Source: Candidatus Glassbacteria bacterium (GTDB lineage: Bacteria > Gemmatimonadota > Glassbacteria > GWA2-58-10). From it: a DNA stretch of 64,000 nt. The notes below the pieces were generated by a model. That model saw only the letters and a list, made by a program, of their open reading frames with translations. It was not told the DNA's origin and searched no databases. The stretch is from the NCBI GenBank assembly GCA_963752515.1, contig CAVVYO010000004.1:449225-513224 (forward strand). Direction: 5' to 3'. The position numbers were made by a program, and so were the translations under genes. This document shows, piece by piece, positions 28,180-36,719 of the stretch (its first letter is position 1; each line of letters begins with the position of its first letter).

Positions 28180-30126
28180 TCAGTTGGCGGCGGCCGCTTT
28201 TTCCGCGATCATCCGGCCGATCTCCAGCCGGGCCTGGTCCCAGTCCTCGGGGTTGTGGTTCCAGACCTCGAACCGGCCGACACTCTGCTCGCCGAACGGC
28301 CGCTCGACAATCCGCTCCACCACCCGGTCGACCCGCTCCGGGCCGCCATCCAGCTCGGTTAGCAGCCGGAAGTACTCGTACTCCTCGACCCCATCCCGCA
28401 GGCTTTTGAGCCGCAACGAGGGACAGGGCACATCGACATTGGGCACGATCCCCGGCGAGTAGACCAGCAGCGCGTTGCCGTTGAACGCTCTGCCCCGCAC
28501 CGGCTCGCCCGCGCGGCGGGTGGCCAGCTTCCAGGTTTCGGGGTTGTACCAGGCGCTCTGCCACTGGCTGCCGATCCCCCAACTGCACCAGGTGAGCGCC
28601 CGGTATTTCCAGCAGGCCCAACTGATCACCCGGTCGCCCAGCGGCTCCAGGTCGATGAAAGTCGAGCTGCCGACCCCGCTGTTCTCCTTGCGCTCATAGA
28701 GCACCGGCCCGTAGATCCAGTCGGTGACCCCCAGCTGGCGGTACTGCTCGACAGTCTCGAAATTGTAGCCGATGGTGTGGCAGCACCAGTAGTCGATCGC
28801 CTCGTGGATCACCGCCATCGCCTCGGGGCTGTAGCCGCCATCGACCCGGTATTTCGCCTCCGGGAAATGCTGCTTGAACAGCTTGCCGTAGAACGCCATC
28901 CGTTCCCAGGCGACAGAGTCGTAGGACTCATCCAGCCCGCCCTGGAACACCACCAGGCGGGTTTTGGCCGGATCGGCCAGGGCCAGCATGTGCTCGCGCA
29001 CCCGGCGGATCGCCTCGACATAGCGCGCCTGGTTCTCCGGCCGGCGTTCCTCCGCTTGCGTCCCCACGTCCGGCCAGCCGGGACGGGTCCCGCCGTGGCG
29101 GTCGCTGGGGCAGTCGAACGGCAGCACGTACAGCTCCAGCGGTTCGCCATAGCCGGGGCCATCGCGGTAGCCGTACTTGTCCGTGAACGCCTCGCCGGAG
29201 AAATATTTTCCCAGGCGCTGATCGAACGCCTGCCAGTCGAGGCGGACCTGGCCATCCTCCAGCGCGATCCCCGGGGTGTAGGTCGGGTCGACCGGCACCA
29301 CCCGGTTGCGCTTGAACAGCTGATAGAGTTCCAGCTCCAGCCGCGGGTCCAGCCTTCGCAGGAAGCCCTCGTGCTGCAGGTTCCCGGCCAGGCTGTTGGC
29401 GTTGGGGAGGGCGAAATCCCACACCTCCAGCACCACCGGCAGGGATTTTTCCTCGCCCCCGGCCCGCACGGTGACTGTCGCGCGGTACTCGCCGGGCGGG
29501 GCCGCCTCCCGGGCGGAGGGGAGGAACTGGTCGACCCAGATCAGTTGCCAGCGCTGGCCGGGGATGCGGTTGCGGAAGTCCGGCAGGCGCAGGGGGTACC
29601 ACAGCCGGCCCTCGCGCGCGGGATCGGTTTCCAGGCAGGCGAGCGGGATCAGGGCATCGGGGTACCAGCCCGGACCGTAGGAGCTGCGCTCATAGCCGAA
29701 CGATTTCTCCTTCACCTCCACCGCCCATTCCAGGAACGGCTCGGGAGCTGTCGCCAGCTCGCCGGCGGGACCGCGGAACGGCTCCATGCGTACCTGGATG
29801 TCATCCAGGGGATCGGACCCCGTCACCTCGATCGCCAACTGGAAAGAGACATACTCGCCCCGGGCGGCGGCCAGCCTGACAGTCCGGCCATCGTAGACCC
29901 AGTTCCGCTCCAGCAGGTCGCCCAGGGGCCGCAGCTGGTAAAGGTCGGTCCGGTCCTCGATCACCCGGCCGCGCACCGGGTCCAGGCGCACCGAGGAGGG
30001 CAGGGCGGCGATCCGCCAGTCGCGGCTGACCACCTCCGCCGCCGGCGGCTGTTCCTCCGTTTTCCCGCAGCCGCCCGCAGACAGGACAGCCAGCAGGATG
30101 GTCCATGTTGCCAAAGTGTTGCGCAT
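28180..30126 (-). CDS. DUF4091-domain lipoprotein (glycoside-hydrolase-like)
   Basis: Start MRNTLATWTILLAVLSAGGC (lipobox). It has a long conserved body with the pattern WDFALP...VVFQGGLDESYD...IDYWCCH typical of DUF4091 proteins. Confidence 0.7.
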   Translation of the reverse strand: MRNTLATWTILLAVLSAGGCGKTEEQPPAAEVVSRDWRIAALPSSVRLDPVRGRVIEDRTDLYQLRPLGDLLERNWVYDGRTVRLAAARGEYVSFQLAIEVTGSDPLDDIQVRMEPFRGPAGELATAPEPFLEWAVEVKEKSFGYERSSYGPGWYPDALIPLACLETDPAREGRLWYPLRLPDFRNRIPGQRWQLIWVDQFLPSAREAAPPGEYRATVTVRAGGEEKSLPVVLEVWDFALPNANSLAGNLQHEGFLRRLDPRLELELYQLFKRNRVVPVDPTYTPGIALEDGQVRLDWQAFDQRLGKYFSGEAFTDKYGYRDGPGYGEPLELYVLPFDCPSDRHGGTRPGWPDVGTQAEERRPENQARYVEAIRRVREHMLALADPAKTRLVVFQGGLDESYDSVAWERMAFYGKLFKQHFPEAKYRVDGGYSPEAMAVIHEAIDYWCCHTIGYNFETVEQYRQLGVTDWIYGPVLYERKENSGVGSSTFIDLEPLGDRVISWACWKYRALTWCSWGIGSQWQSAWYNPETWKLATRRAGEPVRGRAFNGNALLVYSPGIVPNVDVPCPSLRLKSLRDGVEEYEYFRLLTELDGGPERVDRVVERIVERPFGEQSVGRFEVWNHNPEDWDQARLEIGRMIAEKAAAAN

Positions 30127-30228
30127 CTGTCCTCCCCTGTCGTGGTTCGACACCGGGACTGCCGGGGGCAATTGTTTCGGCGCTAGGGCGTGTGATGAAC
30201 TCAGCGCGGACCGGCTCGGGAATCAGGA

Positions 30229-30355
30229 AAATACACAACCCCCTGTGTCCCCCTTTGCTAAGGGGGATCGTTCCCGCTTCGCCCTGGTCAACGATGCAAA
30301 TAGTAATCAGGCTCTTGGTAGTGGCGGGTTTTAAACCCGCCGCTACGACGGTAGG
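30229..30355. repeat. Composite GC-rich palindromic repeats (module B, inverted fragment of C, GGCGGGTTTTAAACCCGCC palindrome)
   Basis: CACAACCCCCTGTGTCCCCCTTTGCTAAGGGGGA, then GTTCCCGCTTCGCCC (reverse complement of the GGGCGAAGCGGGAAC core), then GGCGGGTTTTAAACCCGCCGCTACGACGGTAGG. Confidence 0.75.
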
Positions 30356-30464
30356 CGCTATCCACTGGCTGATGTCCCTGCTCCCGGCGAAGCACCGCCG
30401 GGGGGTGTGGCCTCTTTGCAGCAGCCACTACCCAGACCTCAGCCTTCGCCGTGCAGCACACGCG

Positions 30465-31436
30465 CTATGGTTCGATCCACTGCCCGCCCTGCTCGATGTT
30501 GTCGGCGGTGAAAACCCGAGAGGGCAGGGTGATCTCGCGGGGGACACTCTGGCCGCCGAGGATCGCCAGGGCGGTCGCGATCGCCTCGCGGCCGCCGGTG
30601 GGATACTCGAAACTGGCCGAGAGCAGGCCCTGCTTGACATAGACCTGGCCCTCCTGCGGCAGCCCATCGATCCCCACCAGCAGCAAATGCTTTTCGCGGC
30701 CGGCGGCTTTGGCGGCCAGATAGGCCCCGTGCGCCGCCGGATCGTTGTGGGCATAGACCAGGTCGATCCGGTCATAGCGGGCCAGGGCCGATTCCATCTC
30801 CCGGCGGGCATTGGGCTCGAGCCACTTCATGTCGGCCTCGAAGATCACCTCGATCCCGCTGCCGGCGATCGCCTCGCGGAAGCCGGAGTGACGGTCCTGG
30901 CCGGGAGTGGAGGTCATCAGCCCCTTGAGCTCCACCACCCGGCCCTGGCCGCCCAGGCGCTCGACAATCCAGCGGCCGGCGGCCCGCCCGATCTGGCGGT
31001 TGTCGGCCCCGATGAAGCAGGTGTAGTCCTCGCCCAGCACCCGGCGGTCGAGCACGATCACCGGGATCCCTGCCTGGAAAGCGGCGGCGACCGGCGGAGT
31101 CAGCGGCGCGGCCTCCTTGGGGGAGATGATCAGCAGGTCCACCCCCATCCGCACGAACTCCTCGACATGGGAGCGCTGGCGCAGGTTGTCGTTCTGGGCA
31201 TCCTTGAACACCAGCTCCAGCTCGGGATGCCCGGCCGCCGCTTTCTTTAGGTCGGCGTTCATCTGCACCCGCCAGGGCTCGCCCAGGTTGCACTGGCTGA
31301 TCCCGATCACCCACTGGTCTCCTTCCGCCTCGGCCTGGTCCCCGGAGGAGCTCCGCTCTGCGCCGGAGCAGGCGGCGATCAGCGGCAGGATCAGCACCGG
31401 GAGCACGAGGAACTTCATCAGCTTGAGCAGCGGCAT
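30465..31436 (-). CDS. Sugar ABC transporter periplasmic substrate-binding lipoprotein (RbsB/LacI-type fold)
   Basis: Lipobox (LPLIAACS). Motifs IGISQCNLGEPWRV, VDLLIISP, IPVIVLDR, FIGADNRQIG and VYAHNDPAA are typical of the monosaccharide SBP family. This reading frame is intact. Confidence 0.85.
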   Translation of the reverse strand: MPLLKLMKFLVLPVLILPLIAACSGAERSSSGDQAEAEGDQWVIGISQCNLGEPWRVQMNADLKKAAAGHPELELVFKDAQNDNLRQRSHVEEFVRMGVDLLIISPKEAAPLTPPVAAAFQAGIPVIVLDRRVLGEDYTCFIGADNRQIGRAAGRWIVERLGGQGRVVELKGLMTSTPGQDRHSGFREAIAGSGIEVIFEADMKWLEPNARREMESALARYDRIDLVYAHNDPAAHGAYLAAKAAGREKHLLLVGIDGLPQEGQVYVKQGLLSASFEYPTGGREAIATALAILGGQSVPREITLPSRVFTADNIEQGGQWIEP

Positions 31437-31451
31437 GGGCATCTCCTGTGT

Positions 31452-32490
31452 CAGCGCTTGCGTTTCTGGAACAGCACGGCGACAATGATGATCAGCGCCG
31501 GTGAGCATCAGCCGGCTGGCTTCGCCCACCGCGTTGATGCTCAGGATCTTTTCCAGGTAGCCGATGGTCAGGTCCCGAGCAGGGTCAGCCAGATCCCGCC
31601 GCGCCCGCCCTGCAGGCTGGTGCCGCCGATCACCACGATCGCGATCGCGGTCAGCTCGTAGCTGATCCCCGCCTCGGGGTCGCCCTGCAGCTCCTGGGCG
31701 GCCTGGCAGATCCCGGCCAGGGCGCAGAACAGCCCGCTCAAGGCGTAGGCCAGCAGCTTGACCCGGCCCACCGGCACGCCCGAAAGGCGCGCGGCCTCCT
31801 CGTTGCCGCCGATCGCATACAGGTAGCGGCCCCAGCGCAGGCGGCTCAGCACCACCCAGCAGGCCAGCACGCAGGCCAGCAGGATCAGGGTCACCACAGT
31901 CAGATTGTCACCCAGGACCGCGGAGTTCAGCAACTCGAACACCGCGGGACGTCGCGACATACTGATAGCTGCCGTCAGGCTGCTGGACGGCGGTGGAGAT
32001 TTTCTGCCCGCCCGAAACCAGCTTGGCCAGCCCCCGGGCGAACACCATCATGGCCAGGGTGGCGATGAACGGCTGGATCGCGAACCGGGCGATCAGGCCC
32101 CCCGAAGACCGCCCCCAGCAGCGCCCGCCAGCCACGCAGACAGGCCGGGATCGCCGCCAGGGCGACCAGCCCAGGTGGATGGTCAACAGCGAGAACACCA
32201 CCGCCACCAGCGCCAGCAGGCTCCCCACCGAAAGGTCGATCCCGCCGGTGATGATCACCAGGGTCATCCCGCAGGCCAGAATCCCGAACACCGAGACCTG
32301 GCGCAGCATGTCGCGGTGGGTGCCCCACTTGAAAAACGCCCCATCGGCATTGAAAGCCATCCCCAGGGCGAACACCACCAGCAGCGACAGCAGCGCCCGC
32401 GCGGTCGGGGAACGCAGCAGCCCCCGCAGGGCCTCGCCCGAGCGACAGGGCGGTCGCGGGCCGGACCTGCGGCTCGACAGCCTGTTTCAC
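31452..32490 (-). pseudogene. Sugar ABC transporter permease (RbsC-type), at least four frameshifts
   Basis: Recognisable permease segments lie in different frames: FGILACGMTLVIITGGIDLSVGSLLAL; IQPFIATLAMMVFARGLA; RWGRYLYAIGGNEEAARLSGVPVGRVKLLAYALSGLFCALAG; ALIIIVAVLFQKRKR-stop. The GTG start overlaps the ATPase stop (GTGA). Confidence 0.75.
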
Positions 32491-34087
32491 GTTTCCTCCC
32501 CCAGCGCGGCGGCCAGGATTTTTTCCTGGGTGGCCTCGGCCCGCGGCAGAACTCGGCCGTGCACCGCCTTCCCCGGGACATCACCATGATCCGGTCGCTC
32601 AGCGCCAGCAGCTCCGGCATCTCGGAGGTGATCAGCAGGATCGCTCGGCCCTCGGCGGTCAGGCGGTCCATCAGCTGGTAGATTTCCTGCTTGACCGCCA
32701 CATCCACCCCGCGGGTAGGCTCATCCAGCAGCAGCACCCGCGGCGAGGTCTCCAGCCAACGGGCCAGCACCACTTTCTGCTGGTTGCCGCCGGAGAGGGT
32801 GCCCACCGGCTGCTCCAGGCCGGCGGCGCGCAGGTCCAGCTCCCGGGCGCGGGAGGCGGCGGCCCGGCGCTCGCCGCCGGCATCCAGCCAGCCCGCCCGG
32901 CTGAATTTTCCCAGCGCGGCCAGGCTGATGTTCTCGCGGATGCTCAGCTCCGGGATGATCCCCTCCGCTTTACGATCATTGGTGAGCAGGGCCAGCCCGC
33001 GGGCGATCGAGCCGGCCGGCGAGCGCACCGGCAATGGCGCTCCCGCCAGGGTAACCCGCCCCGCAGCTGGCGCCCCGTAGCGCCCGAACAGCCCGCCCAG
33101 CAGCTCGCTGTGGCCCGAGCCCTGCAAACCCGCCACCCCGACCATCTCCCCGGCGCGCAGGGCGAAAGAGACCCGGTCCACTGCCAATGGCCCTTTGGTT
33201 CCCCGGGCGCGCAGGGAAAAATCCTCCACCCGCAGCAGCTCCGGCCCGGGATGGGCTCCGCGGGAGGGAAACTGCTCGGTGACCGCGCGGCCGACCATCC
33301 AGCGGATCAGCTCGGGCCGCGGCAGGTCGGCGGCGGCGGCGGTGCCCACCTTGCGGCCATCGCGCAGCACCGTGATCCGGTCGGCCAGGCGGTAGATTTC
33401 CTCCAGCTTGTGGGAAATGTAGATGATCCCGCAGCCGCGCGCCTTGAGCCGCCCGATCAGCGCGAACAGGCGCTCGGCCTCGGGGGCGGTCAGGCTGCTG
33501 GTGGGCTCGTCCATCACGATCACCCGGCTGTCCAGCGACAGGGCGCGGGCGATCTCCACCAGTTGCCGCACCGGGAGCGGGCAGTCCCCCACCGGGCGCT
33601 CGAGGTCCAGCTCCAGGCCAAGGGCGCCCAGCAGCCGGCGCGCCTCGCTCCGCTGGCGGGGGCGGTCCAGCAGCAAGCCGCCCCGGGTGCGCTCCCGTCC
33701 GAGGAACAGGTTGTCGAGCCACGCTGAGCGCCGGGATCAGGGAGATTTCCTGGTAGATCACCGCCAGGCCCTGGCGGTAAGCCTGCTGGGGAGAGTCGAA
33801 CCGCACCGGCCGCAAGGGAGGCCCAGCCGCACCCGGCCCTGATACTCGGAGTGGACCCCGGCCAGGATTTTGATCAGGGTGCTCTTGCCCGCGCCGTTCT
33901 CGCCGGCGAGCACGTGCACCTCGCCCGGACGCAGCTCGAAATCCACCCCCTCCAGCACGCGCACCCCGGCGAACCGCTTGCCGATCCCCTCCATCATCAG
34001 CAGGGGCTGATCCGGTCCGGGAACAGGAACGACTTGCGCGGCGGAAGCAGGCGGCATGGGGCTGTCGTGGGAAAAGGGAACGGTCAT
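32487..34087 (-). pseudogene. Sugar ABC transporter ATP-binding protein (RbsA-type, duplicated ATPase), at least three frameshifts
   Basis: Walker [10 protein letters not shown] in frame 1. [27 protein letters not shown] in frame 2. Frame 3 holds signature/Walker B of domain 1 and all of domain 2 (LSGGNQQKVVLARWL, LLLDEPTRGVD). The C-terminal tail is shifted again near 32575. Frame changes are near 33815, 33718 and 32575. Confidence 0.8.
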
Positions 34088-34176
34088 GGCCGCGGCGACA
34101 CTTCGGGAGTCGCCAGAGGATCAATAATAAGCCCGGCGCGGCCGGCGGGCAATGCTCGACAGAAGCCAAGCGCGGC

Positions 34177-34206
34177 TTGGACCGGCCGGGGCCCCGGTGC
34201 TATAAT
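34177..34206 (+). promoter_or_regulatory. Candidate sigma70 promoter (TTGGAC-N18-TATAAT)
   Basis: Perfect -10 TATAAT at 34201-34206, 18 nt before the ATG of the small ORF at 34224. This implies a very short leader. Confidence 0.45.
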
Positions 34207-34223
34207 GAAAGGGAACCCCACAC

Positions 34224-34523
34224 ATGGCACGCAGCGATTCACTCGCCATCAGGCCCGGGAGCGCGACCTTGACCAAAAAGCAGAAATTCGTCATCACCAT
34301 CGAGTTCAACATCTTAGGCGAGCACTACGACAACGTGGTCACCTCCTGCCCCGAGCTCAACATCCACACCGTGGACAACTCGCTGCAGGGGGCGACCCTC
34401 AAGCTGGCGGAGGCGATCAGGTTCTTCTTCGATACCGCCGACTCCCGCCAGGAACTGGAGGAGGTGGTGGAAGAGCTGGCAAAAAGCGGCCGGGTCAAGC
34501 CGCCCTGGACCGGAGTCGGCTGA
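34224..34523 (+). CDS. Small hypothetical protein, HicB/UPF0150-like fold (tentative)
   Basis: 99 aa. KFVITIEFNILGEHYDNVVTSCPELNIHTVDNSLQGATLKLAEAIRFFF resembles the HicB-type antitoxin N-terminal fold. No HicA-like partner is seen. Confidence 0.45.
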   Translation: MARSDSLAIRPGSATLTKKQKFVITIEFNILGEHYDNVVTSCPELNIHTVDNSLQGATLKLAEAIRFFFDTADSRQELEEVVEELAKSGRVKPPWTGVG

Positions 34524-34539
34524 CCGCGATGGAAGAGCC

Positions 34540-35691
34540 TCAGCGAACCCCTCGCAGGCACTCCAGGAACCGGTCGATCTGCTCCGCGCTGTGGCTGCTG
34601 CTCACCGCGGCGCGGATCATTCCGCCGGCGGGAGTGCCGGGGTAGTTGAGCAGCGGGGCCAGGATCCCCTCCTCCAGCAGGCGCGCGTACAGCCGCTCCA
34701 GCTTGCGCGGGTCCTCCAGCACGATCGGGGCGATCGGCACCTGCGAGGGGCCATCCGGGCTCAGGCCCAACGCCCGCAGGCCGTCTTTCAGCCGGGCCGC
34801 GTTCTCCCGCAGCCGGGACAGCAGCGCGGGCTCCCGCTCCAGGCACTCGAACGCCGCCAGGGCCGCGCCCAGCACCGGGGCCGGCGGCGGGGTGGAGCCG
34901 ATGTAGGAGAGCGCCCGAGCGCGCAGACCGGCGGCCAGCTCCCGGGAAAGGGGCGCCACTCCGCCGAAAGCGCCGAGGGCCTTGCTGAGGGTGGCGCAGG
35001 AGAGCACCCGCGGGTCCCCCAGCCGCCCGTGATGCTCGGCGGTGCCGCGTCCGCGCCCGCCCAGCACCCCCAGGGCATGGGCATCATCCAGCAGCACCAG
35101 GAACTCGCGGCCATCCAGCCGGGCGAGGATTTCCTCCAGCGGGAAAATCGTCCCGTAGAGCGGAGCGACTCCCTCCGCCATCAGCAGCACCCGCCGCCGT
35201 TCCGGCAAGCCCGTTAGCGCCAGCTCCAGCCCTTGCGGCGAGCAGTCGAAACCGCGGCACTCCAGGCCGCTGACACGCGCGGCATCGACCAGGCTGGGGT
35301 GGCCGCCGCGCTGGACCAGCACCAGATCGTCTCCCCGCGCCACCGCCGATAGCAGGGCCGACATCGCCAGGTAGCCGGAGGGCAGCACCACCGCCTCCCC
35401 GCACTCGAAAAAGCGGCCGGCCACCCGCTCCAGTTGCAGGTGCAGTTGGTTGGTGCCGCTCGAGGTCCGCGACCCGGCGCTGCTCATCCCGTACTGCCCG
35501 AGCGCCGCCCGGGCGCCCTCCAGCACCTCCGCCCGTCCCGCCATCCCCAGGTAGTCGGTGCCGCCGAAAAACAGAAACTTCCGTCCCCAGACTGTCACTT
35601 CCGGCCCCACCGGGCCTTCCAGCACGATCTCGCGCAACCGTTTCCGCCTTTCCGCCTGATCCGTTCCGAAGATGCAATAATATTGGTTCAT
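34540..35691 (-). CDS. PLP-dependent alpha-oxoamine synthase family enzyme (BioF/Kbl-like)
   Basis: Start MNQYYCIFG at 35691. Motifs FGGTDYLGM, VLLDDAHALGVLG and the lysine motif ATLSKALG are typical of 8-amino-7-oxononanoate synthase / 2-amino-3-ketobutyrate ligase relatives. Confidence 0.8.
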   Translation of the reverse strand: MNQYYCIFGTDQAERRKRLREIVLEGPVGPEVTVWGRKFLFFGGTDYLGMAGRAEVLEGARAALGQYGMSSAGSRTSSGTNQLHLQLERVAGRFFECGEAVVLPSGYLAMSALLSAVARGDDLVLVQRGGHPSLVDAARVSGLECRGFDCSPQGLELALTGLPERRRVLLMAEGVAPLYGTIFPLEEILARLDGREFLVLLDDAHALGVLGGRGRGTAEHHGRLGDPRVLSCATLSKALGAFGGVAPLSRELAAGLRARALSYIGSTPPPAPVLGAALAAFECLEREPALLSRLRENAARLKDGLRALGLSPDGPSQVPIAPIVLEDPRKLERLYARLLEEGILAPLLNYPGTPAGGMIRAAVSSSHSAEQIDRFLECLRGVR

Positions 35692-35744
35692 CCGTCTATT
35701 CCGGGGAAAGCTCCAGCCCGCTGCTAATCCCGTAAATCCTGCGG

Positions 35745-36314
35745 ATTTTTCTACTTCTGTGACCAGAAGTAGCAAGAGTCTTGTGAAGCCAAGGCCGCGA
35801 AGCTGAAAGACCATCGCGGTCTTTAACAGCCGCCGAGGGTACGAGGGAAAAAAGTCGCTCCCACACGCGGTCGCCGCGTTTCGCGCCGCATGATACCCTG
35901 GCGCTGCAACGCATGGCCTGCCGACCTCTCTCGCTTCGTAGCAGTAGCCACGATGGAAATCGGGAAAATCTACCGCCGCTGCCTCTGGCCTCCAGCCGCG
36001 GCCCGCAAGGCCCCCCCTCCCAAGAACAAGATGCCCTGGCCCTTGTCTTGTCTTTCATCCCCCAGCGCCCGTTCCGGGCGCTCCGCGGCAGCAACTGTAT
36101 GAGCCAAGCCGGAGCAGCGGTTACAGAGCTCATGATCCCATGAACAGATGAAGCAGAGGCCAGAATTGACCGGCAGATGCGCGTCAGCGCTGCCCACCCT
36201 CACGGGTAGCGTAAAGAACCCACGATTACAAGTGGCCAATTGAAGACCATCAATGGTATGCGAGTTTTGCGCCGCACAGACTCTTGCTTCTTCTGGTCAC
36301 AGAAGAAGAAAAAT
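35745..36314. repeat. 570-bp non-coding element bounded by ~40-bp imperfect inverted repeats (MITE-like or large structured RNA)
   Basis: The left arm is ATTTTTCTACTTCTGTGACCAGAAGTAGCAAGAGTCTTGTG (35745-35785). The right arm (36275-36314), reverse-complemented, reads ATTTTTCTTCTTCTGTGACCAGAAGAAGCAAGAGTCT-GTG. Each arm also holds a local hairpin, CTTCTG-TGAC-CAGAAG. There is no credible ORF inside. Confidence 0.6.
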
Positions 36315-36719
36315 AATGACCATCAAAGAGCTAGTTGCACCGCCGGGAATTTGTGTCCCGAAGCCCGGGAAGGGTCTATTCCGGCTCCCCCGCCGGCAGA
36401 AGCTCTCACCCCGGAATTCCCGGATGAACCATAATATTGCCCCATATTTTATCAACAGTTACCATGGGAAGCAACCTTTTCCGGCCACCGGTCTCGCCCG
36501 CGCCCCACCAGGCCGGCACCCGCTCAGGGCGATCAAAGCGGGAGGCGGCGGCATGGCGCGGCATCCCCGTTCCAGGATGGAATAGCCACTGGTCCCGGGC
36601 CGACCCGCCCGGCGCCGGCGGCATTTTCCTTGATAACCGGCCGCAAAGGCCATTTATTAATGGTGCAGATGGTTTCGGCGGTTGTCCACACAATTTTTCA
36701 CCCCGATCAAGAGGTCGCC

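Noticed and set aside
35745-36314. Possibility that the inverted-repeat-bounded element is RNase P RNA, tmRNA or SRP RNA
   Set aside because: A GAGGGAAAAAAGTCGCTCCCACA stretch superficially resembles the RNase P P4/CR-I motif GAGGAAAGUCCGGGCUCC. However, the complementary P4 3-prime strand, the AGGGUGAAA and GUAAGAGC-type conserved regions, and normal P1 dimensions are all absent. No tmRNA tRNA-like end and no SRP GGAAGCAGCC domain IV motif is present.
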